From: Pseudodesulfovibrio mercurii
Lineage (GTDB): Bacteria; Desulfobacterota; Desulfovibrionia; Desulfovibrionales; Desulfovibrionaceae
DNA length: 32,000 nt
Assembly: GCF_000189295.2 (NCBI RefSeq)
Contig: NC_016803.1
Coordinates: 1,050,001-1,082,000, forward strand
Direction of reading: 5' to 3'
Position numbers and translations under genes: made by a program
The notes under the pieces: model-generated
The model's database searches: none
Told to the model about the DNA's origin: nothing
The model's input: only the letters and a program-made list of their open reading frames with translations
Shown here: positions 15,735-21,871 of the stretch, piece by piece
How positions within the stretch are numbered: the stretch's first letter is position 1
Layout: each line of letters opens with the position of its first letter

Positions 15735-17210
15735 ATGGAGACCGCACGCACCGCAAAACCCGCCTTTGACTGGAAACGCCTGGTGTTCATGCTCACGGGC
15801 GTCCTGCTTTTCGCCATCGTCTATTTCAGTTCGCCCTGGCCCGACGCCATCGACCCCATGGGCGAGCACTTCCCCCTGTCGGTCCAGGCCAAGGGCGCCA
15901 TAGCCGTGTTCCTGCTGGCCGGCACCTGGTGGGTCTTCGAGGTGGTGCCCATCGGCGTGACCTCGCTGATGATCGGCATCCTCCAGGTCATGTTCCTGAT
16001 CCGCCCGGCCAAGGTGGCCTTCAAGGACTTCATGGACCCGTCGGTCCTGTTCATCTTCGCCTCCATCATGATCGGCCTGGTCTTCACCAAGACCGGCCTG
16101 ACCAAGCGGCTGGCCTACAAGATGCTCGACATCGTCGGCGAACGCACCTCGATGATCTACCTCGGCGTGTTCGTGGTCACCGCCGCCCTGACCCACATCA
16201 TGGCCCACACCGCCGTGGCCGCGACCATCTACCCGCTGCTGCTGGCCATCTACGCCCTGTACGGCGAGGGCGACCGGCCGACCAAGTTCGGCAAGGGGCT
16301 GTTCATCGGCATGGCCTACGTGGCCGGCGCGGGCTCCATCATCACCCTGCTCGGCGCGGCCCGCGGCGCTGTGGCGCTCGGCTTCTTCAAGGAAATCGTC
16401 GGCGTGGACGTCGGCTTCTTCCGGCTGACCTACTTTATGGCCCCCATCGGCTGGGGCATGACCTTCCTGCTCTGGGGCTTCTTCATGGTCGTCTGCAAGC
16501 CCGAGAAGGACCGCATCCCCGGCCTGCGCGAAAAGGCCCGCGAGCTCAACGCCAAGATGGGCGGCCTGACCCGCGAGGAAATCCTGGCCGCCATCATCGT
16601 CTGCACGGTCATCGTCATCATGTCCCTGCGGGCCTTCGTCCCGGCGCTCAAGGCCGTGGACAAGACCGCCATCATCCTCTGCTCCTCGGTCCTCTTCTTC
16701 GTCTTCAAGATTCTGGACATCAAGGACCTCGAAGACATCCCCTGGAACATCATCCTGCTCTTCGCCGGCGCCATGTCCATCGGCTTCTGCCTGTGGGAGA
16801 CCGGCGCGGCCAAGTGGATGGCCGTCAACTGGCTGGTCATGTTCCAGGATGCCAACGCGTTCGTCTTCATCATGTCCATCGCCTTCTTCGTGATGATCAT
16901 GACCAACTTCATCATGAACGTGGCGGCCATCGCCATCTCGCTCCCCGTGGCCCTGGTCATCGCCCCCTACCTGGGCGTGGCCCCCGAAGTCATCCTGTAC
17001 GCCTCGCTGGTCATGGCGGGCATGCCCTTCCTGCTCCTGGTGGGCGCGGCGCCCAACGCCATCGCCTACGACTCGGGACAGTTCACCCCCGGTGAATTCT
17101 TCCTCCTGGGCATCCCGGCGTCCCTGCTGCTGATGGTCCTGGTCGCCGCCGCAGTCCAGTTCATCTGGCCGCTCATGGGCATGCCCATCCGCATCGCCGC
17201 CGGAGGCTAG
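15735..17210 (+). CDS. DASS/SLC13-type (ArsB/NhaD-superfamily) anion permease
   Basis: 491 aa with GAGGAG SD and more than 10 hydrophobic segments. Two-fold repeat with hairpin-like segments THIMAHTAVAATIYPLL and TNFIMNVAAIAISLPV. These sit where DASS proteins carry SNT motifs. Confidence 0.8.
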   Translation: METARTAKPAFDWKRLVFMLTGVLLFAIVYFSSPWPDAIDPMGEHFPLSVQAKGAIAVFLLAGTWWVFEVVPIGVTSLMIGILQVMFLIRPAKVAFKDFMDPSVLFIFASIMIGLVFTKTGLTKRLAYKMLDIVGERTSMIYLGVFVVTAALTHIMAHTAVAATIYPLLLAIYALYGEGDRPTKFGKGLFIGMAYVAGAGSIITLLGAARGAVALGFFKEIVGVDVGFFRLTYFMAPIGWGMTFLLWGFFMVVCKPEKDRIPGLREKARELNAKMGGLTREEILAAIIVCTVIVIMSLRAFVPALKAVDKTAIILCSSVLFFVFKILDIKDLEDIPWNIILLFAGAMSIGFCLWETGAAKWMAVNWLVMFQDANAFVFIMSIAFFVMIMTNFIMNVAAIAISLPVALVIAPYLGVAPEVILYASLVMAGMPFLLLVGAAPNAIAYDSGQFTPGEFFLLGIPASLLLMVLVAAAVQFIWPLMGMPIRIAAGG

Positions 17211-17305
17211 GCAGTCGGGCGCGCGTCATAATTACCATAACGGCTGTCGTACCCATAAGGCACGGCAGCCGTTTGCGTAATCGAACCACAACCACGGGTG
17301 AGCAC

Positions 17306-18727
17306 ATGGAAAAACTCGAAGAACTGTTCGATCACATAGCGTCCAGGGTGAACGTCAACCTCAAGCCCATGGGCATCGACGTCCGCTCCATCCTTCAGCA
17401 CTCCATCCCGCGCGAACGGCACCTGCTGTACTACGCGTTCTACGCCCTGACCGAAGACCACCCCATCAGCTTCAAATTCAAGAACTCCAACCTCGCCGGG
17501 ACCTACTTCCTGGGCAAGACCCTGGTGGACAGCTCGGTCCTGTACAAGTCCAACGTGCGCGGCGACGAGCTCAAGCGCAAGGGCGACGTGGTCGAGTTCA
17601 ACGGGGTCAAGACCAAGCTCTTCTACGACGAGGTCATCCGGATCATCAATTCCTACCTGGTCAAGACCCTGGTCCACAACAACTCCAAGAACCCCGAGAC
17701 GCCCGAGGTCTTCCGCATCCTCAACTCGGCGGCCATGCACTACTCCAACATCCACGGGACCACGCTCGAGGGCGTGTACCTCGGGGCCTTCGCCACCGCC
17801 GACCTGTCCATCATGCACAACTGCGTCATCGGCGACTTCGCCTACGTCCAGGCGGGCGACCTCTCCCGGCTGACCGTGGAGCCCGGCCGGGTCTGGATCA
17901 AATCCGGCGACCTGTTCGAGTTCGACTACCGCTATCCCGAAGGGGTCATCGAGCAGTACGTCAAGCTGGACAACAACGGCCACCTGACCGGCAAGTTCGT
18001 GGACTACGTGGACGAGTTCAAGGAGGACTTCGTGCCCATCTACTCCACGGCCCGGCCCGAGAACGACCACGTCGTGCCCGAGACCGCCTACGTCTCGCCC
18101 TACGCGGTCCTCAAGGGCAAATGCGAGGTGGGCGAGAACGCGCTCATCGTGCAGCGCGCCCACGTGGAGGACTCCTTCATCGGCAAGGGCTCCAACGCCC
18201 AGGAGAACTGCTACATCAAGAACTCGGTCTACGAGGGCAACAACGTCACCGCCCACGGCGGCAAGGTCATCTGGGCCACGGTGGGCCAGAACGTCTTCGT
18301 GGGCTTCAACTCCTTCATCCAGGGACGGCAGGACTGCCCCATCACCATCGGCCGCGACTCCATCGTCATGCCCCACACCATCATCGACGCCGAGGAGTGC
18401 ATCGAGATTCCGGACAACTCCGCCATCTGGGGGTACGTGACCAAACAGGCCGACCTGAAGACCCAGTGCATCGACCTGGACGAACTGGCCCGGTCCACCG
18501 ACATCACCCTGGGCAACGCCACCTTCAAGGGCGACGGCAAAGCTTTCGTCGATGCGTTCAGACACCGCATCGATCACATCCGTGAAGAAAACGGCGCATA
18601 CTTCGACGGGTCCGACAAGACCCGCGGACATGCCCAAAAGACGCGGGATGCGGCCTTCAACATCCTCCAGCCCTTCCAATCGGGCAAGGATGCGGGCATG
18701 TATCCGACAATGACCATCGGGGACTAG
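17306..18727 (+). CDS. Uncharacterised 473-aa protein with a C-terminal left-handed beta-helix (hexapeptide-repeat) region
   Basis: Start at ATG 17306 (MEKLEELF...). Hexapeptide-like periodicity in VGENALIVQRAHVEDSFIGKGSNAQENCYIKNSVYEGNNVTAHGGKVIWATVGQNVFVGFNSFIQGRQDCPITIGRDSIVMPHTII. No recognisable catalytic motif. Composition is protein-like. Confidence 0.7.
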   Translation: MEKLEELFDHIASRVNVNLKPMGIDVRSILQHSIPRERHLLYYAFYALTEDHPISFKFKNSNLAGTYFLGKTLVDSSVLYKSNVRGDELKRKGDVVEFNGVKTKLFYDEVIRIINSYLVKTLVHNNSKNPETPEVFRILNSAAMHYSNIHGTTLEGVYLGAFATADLSIMHNCVIGDFAYVQAGDLSRLTVEPGRVWIKSGDLFEFDYRYPEGVIEQYVKLDNNGHLTGKFVDYVDEFKEDFVPIYSTARPENDHVVPETAYVSPYAVLKGKCEVGENALIVQRAHVEDSFIGKGSNAQENCYIKNSVYEGNNVTAHGGKVIWATVGQNVFVGFNSFIQGRQDCPITIGRDSIVMPHTIIDAEECIEIPDNSAIWGYVTKQADLKTQCIDLDELARSTDITLGNATFKGDGKAFVDAFRHRIDHIREENGAYFDGSDKTRGHAQKTRDAAFNILQPFQSGKDAGMYPTMTIGD

Positions 18728-18779
18728 ATCTTGCCATCGAGACAGATCCCGGCAATCCAATCATCAGGAGTAACCGAAC

Positions 18780-20402
18780 ATGCCTCAGACACTGACCCAG
18801 GCCTTTAGCAGAAACTTCCTCGGCAGCGCGCCCAGCTGGTACAAAATGGCCATCGTGGCCTTTTTGGTGATCAACCCCATCCTCATGGTAACGGCCGGAA
18901 CGTTCATCGCGGGCTGGGTGCTCATCGCCGAATTCATCTTCACCCTGGCCATGGCGCTGAAATGCTATCCGCTCCCCGCGGGCGGTCTGCTGGCCATCGA
19001 GGCCGTCATCATGGGCATGACCTCGCCGAGGACCGTGTACCACGAGGCCCTGACCAACTTCCCGGTCATCCTGCTCCTGATCTTCATGGTCGCGGGCATC
19101 TACTTCATGAAGGACTTCCTCCAGTACACCTTCACCCGCATCCTCACCCGCGTGCAGTCCAAGATCGTCATCTCGCTGCTCTTCTGCTTCGCGGGCGCGT
19201 TCCTCTCCGCCTTCCTGGACGCCCTGACCGTCACCGCCGTGATCATCGCCGTGGCCTACGGGTTCTACAACGTGTACCACCGGTTCGCCTCGGGCAAGAC
19301 CATGAACTGCTCCCACGACCTCTGCTCCGACGAGACCGTCAAGGAACAGAACCGGAACGATCTCCGCGAATTCCGCGGCTTCCTGCGCAACCTGATGATG
19401 CACGGCGCGGTCGGCACCGCGCTGGGCGGCGTCTGCACCCTGGTGGGCGAGCCCCAGAACCTGCTCATCGGCGAGGTCATGGGCTGGCACTTCGTACCCT
19501 TCTTCCTCAACATGGCCCACGTGTCCATGCCCGTCCTGGCCATGGGCATGCTGACCTGCGTGGTCGTGGAGCAGTTCCACCTCTTCGGCTACGGCGCGAA
19601 GCTGCCCGGCAACATCCGCTCCCACCTGCTTGAGACCGCCGTCGAGATGGAATCCAAGCGCGGCGCCCAGGGCAAGGCCAAGCTCGTGGTCCAGGCCCTG
19701 GTCGGCATCTGGCTGATCCTGGCCCTGGCCTTCCACCTGGCCGAGGTCGGCATCATCGGCCTGTCCGTCATCGTCGTCCTGACCGCCTTCAACGGCTTCA
19801 TCGACGAACACCAGCTCGGCCCGGCCTTCGAAGAGGCCCTGCCCTTCACCGCCCTGCTCGTGGTCTTCTTCTCCATCGTCGGCGTCATCCACGACCAGCA
19901 CCTGTTCGCCCCGGTCATGCACTTCGTCCTCGGCCTGGAAGGCCAGACCCAGCTCGCCGCATACTACGCGGCCAACGGCCTGCTCTCCATGATCTCGGAC
20001 AACGTCTTCGTGGCCACCGTCTACATCTCCGAGACCAAGATTCACTTCGTCCAGCTGCTGTCCACCTTCCCCGGCGTGACCGACGCGGCGGCCCTGATGG
20101 ACAAGCTGACCGACCCGTTCCTGGAGCGGACCGACGTCATCGCCTCGCTGCCCGCAGGCATCCAGGACCAGGTGGCCAAGATGATGACCCACTTCGACCA
20201 CCTGGCCGTGGCCATCAACACCGGCACCAACATCCCGTCCGTGGCCACCCCCAACGGCCAGGCCGCCTTCCTGTTCCTGCTGACCTCGGCGCTGGCCCCG
20301 GTCATCCGCCTGTCGTACGGCCGCATGGTCGTCCTGGCCCTGCCCTACACCATCACCATGTCCCTCACCGGTCTGGCCGCCACCTACTTCTTCTCCTGGT
20401 AG
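18780..20402 (+). CDS. nhaB: Na+/H+ antiporter NhaB
   Basis: 540 aa with CAGGAG SD. The N-terminus [27 protein letters not shown] closely parallels the E. coli NhaB N-terminus as I recall it (LWRNFLGQSPDWYKLA..FLIVNP). Polytopic membrane protein of the right size. Confidence 0.88.
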   Translation: MPQTLTQAFSRNFLGSAPSWYKMAIVAFLVINPILMVTAGTFIAGWVLIAEFIFTLAMALKCYPLPAGGLLAIEAVIMGMTSPRTVYHEALTNFPVILLLIFMVAGIYFMKDFLQYTFTRILTRVQSKIVISLLFCFAGAFLSAFLDALTVTAVIIAVAYGFYNVYHRFASGKTMNCSHDLCSDETVKEQNRNDLREFRGFLRNLMMHGAVGTALGGVCTLVGEPQNLLIGEVMGWHFVPFFLNMAHVSMPVLAMGMLTCVVVEQFHLFGYGAKLPGNIRSHLLETAVEMESKRGAQGKAKLVVQALVGIWLILALAFHLAEVGIIGLSVIVVLTAFNGFIDEHQLGPAFEEALPFTALLVVFFSIVGVIHDQHLFAPVMHFVLGLEGQTQLAAYYAANGLLSMISDNVFVATVYISETKIHFVQLLSTFPGVTDAAALMDKLTDPFLERTDVIASLPAGIQDQVAKMMTHFDHLAVAINTGTNIPSVATPNGQAAFLFLLTSALAPVIRLSYGRMVVLALPYTITMSLTGLAATYFFSW

Positions 20403-20430
20403 CCCCGACCGGCACGACGACAATTCCCAA

Positions 20431-20459
20431 GGCCCCGCGCGTTTGCGCGGGGCCTTTTT
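20431..20459 (+). terminator. Rho-independent terminator after nhaB
   Basis: GGCCCCGCGC-GTTT-GCGCGGGGCC (10-bp perfect stem) followed by TTTTT. Confidence 0.8.
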
Positions 20460-20551
20460 CTCGCCGTTGCGGCCGCCCGGACCAAGGACCGCCCAACCAT
20501 CCCGCACAGCTTCGCGTGATCCGGTGGCGTGATGGCGGACTGCCGTGCAAT

Positions 20552-20629
20552 GCATTTGCCCGATTCAGGAGAATACGGCATTTGCCCGATTCGGGGAAAT
20601 ACCGCATTTGCCCGATTCGGGAAAAGACC
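20552..20629. repeat. Three head-to-tail 26-bp repeats, each with a palindromic core TTGCCCGATTCGGG
   Basis: Units start at 20552, 20578 and 20604. They match 22/26 (unit 1 vs unit 2) and 24/26 (unit 2 vs unit 3). An inverted partial copy AAATCGGGCGAATGC lies at 20659-20673. Confidence 0.8.
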
Positions 20630-20724
20630 GGCAAGATCCCGGATTCGTTGCCCGTTCCAAATCGGGCGAATGCGCGATCGGCCGTCGTGCAATGCCGGTG
20701 GAAGGCGCGCGTCCTCCCCGGCTG

Positions 20725-20758
20725 AAAAAAAGGCGCACCCGCATGGAGCGGGTGCGCC
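20725..20758 (-). terminator. Rho-independent terminator for the minus-strand islet genes
   Basis: On the minus strand: GGCGCACCCGC-TCCAT-GCGGGTGCGCC (11-bp stem) followed by TTTTTTT, 65 nt after the stop at 20823. Confidence 0.7.
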
Positions 20759-20822
20759 GGGGAGTCCGTTTTTCCGGACAGGGGCGGCCGTCCGGGCCGT
20801 TAGGGCCCGTCACGACCTGAAT

Positions 20823-21191
20823 TTAGGCGTCCAGTTTGGGCGAGTTGTCCAGATGTTCCTTGCACAGCCAGACAATGGACTGGGTCTCGGTGTCCAGGTG
20901 CGGGCTGACGCCGTGCGTCGTGCCGCAGACCGCGCACCGATATTCGTTCTCGCACTTCGGGTAGCACTCGATGGAATTGAGCATCTGATTGAAACGGCTG
21001 ATGATCGGGAACATGGGATGATCCGCATGCCGCTTGCGATCCTTGCTGTTCAGCTTGCCGTTGTCATTCACCTTGACGGTAATCATACGGGAACGGTTGA
21101 TCAACCCTTCCTTCTTGTTCATGACCACTTTGGTGGGTTCTTCCCAGCGGCAGATGATCCGCTTCCGTTCCTGGTCATAACGCATGGACAT
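20823..21191 (-). CDS. Hypothetical 122-aa protein with a C-terminal Cys/His cluster (zinc-ribbon or HNH-like)
   Basis: ATG at 21191 with AAGGAGG 7 nt upstream. Lys/Arg-rich N-terminal half. The C-terminal cluster is C76-x3-C-x5-C-x2-C-x3-H-x4-H-x11-C-x2-H113. No family recognised. Confidence 0.6.
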   Translation of the reverse strand: MSMRYDQERKRIICRWEEPTKVVMNKKEGLINRSRMITVKVNDNGKLNSKDRKRHADHPMFPIISRFNQMLNSIECYPKCENEYRCAVCGTTHGVSPHLDTETQSIVWLCKEHLDNSPKLDA

Positions 21192-21290
21192 GGCGTCCTC
21201 CTTGGCGCGGCCGTCCTTCCCATTCGGACCGCGGGGTTCGGATTCACCTCATGTGCCTCGGCCGAACGGAACAGTCCGGGCCGAAACACG

Positions 21291-21593
21291 TCAAATCACA
21301 TAGTCGATGGCCTTCCGGCCCGAGGCCACCTTCTTCACGAAGGCGACGCACGCCTGGTGCTCGGGGTGTCCCTGATAATGGTTCAGTGCATCCACGTCGT
21401 CGTGTTCGGAGCACAGGATCACATGGCACTCGGGGTCCGCGGCCACGATGTCCGCACTCACTTCAATATGCCGAAGGCCCTCGATGCGCCCGGCGAGCGC
21501 CTCCAGGATTTCCTTCATCTTGGCGCCGTTCTCGGCGGCAGTATGACCTTCGGCCTCATCCTTCAACGTCCACATGACGATATGTCTGACCAC
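21291..21593 (-). CDS. Dabb-family (stress-responsive alpha/beta-barrel) protein
   Basis: I start it at GTG 21593, which has AAGGAG 7 nt upstream and gives VVRHIVMWTLKDE..., the canonical Dabb N-terminus. The first ATG (21575) would cut into the first beta-strand. The track start 21668 adds a non-protein-like extension. The end ...HPEHQACVAFVKKVASGRKAIDYVI fits the family. Confidence 0.8.
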   Translation of the reverse strand: MVRHIVMWTLKDEAEGHTAAENGAKMKEILEALAGRIEGLRHIEVSADIVAADPECHVILCSEHDDVDALNHYQGHPEHQACVAFVKKVASGRKAIDYVI

Positions 21594-21791
21594 TGGGACA
21601 CTCCTTACAAAGGTAACAATTCTGGCAATATAGACGAAGCGGCGTGCGATAGATACTTGTTTACACAAATCAGGATAACAACGGTTTGCCGTTTTGTCAC
21701 CCCAATGCAGGGAAATATATCATTCCCTTGACCGCATTTCCGGGAGATGGTGAGACTGCCCGGAGTGCGCCGCCTTGACTTCGGCAGGCAA

Positions 21792-21807
21792 AGGCCCATC
21801 CTTTGCA
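21792..21807 (+). promoter_or_regulatory. Weak candidate sigma-54 (-24/-12) promoter upstream of the histidine kinase gene
   Basis: AGGCCC-ATCCT-TTGCA has GG-N10-GC spacing with a good -12 TTGCA and a partial -24. It lies 65 nt upstream of ATG 21872. Confidence 0.25.
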
Positions 21808-21871
21808 TACGTCTTGGCGTCGCCCTTTTGCCAGACTACTTCATGCACAAGAAATGCCAAAAAGAGCCACC

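Noticed and set aside
15126-20555. Long minus-strand ORFs 15126..16208, 17207..18760 and 18657..20555, antisense to the CBS/DASS/beta-helix/NhaB genes.
   Set aside because: The plus-strand frames give a coherent operon of membrane and soluble proteins with SD sequences. The antisense frames are low-complexity sequence rich in Gly, Asp, Val, His and Ala.
20552-20629. Possible CRISPR array, suggested by regularly spaced repeats.
   Set aside because: The 26-bp units abut directly with no spacers. There are only three units plus fragments, no cas genes are nearby, and each unit is itself palindromic. This fits a REP/MITE or operator array better.
20516-20820. Small ORFs across the repeat region (20516..20725, 20545..20820, 20565..20813 and the start of 20529..21731) with repeating peptide CPIR.NTAFARFG.
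   Set aside because: The peptide periodicity is a translation artefact of tandem DNA repeats. No SD is present, and the region lies between two convergent terminators.
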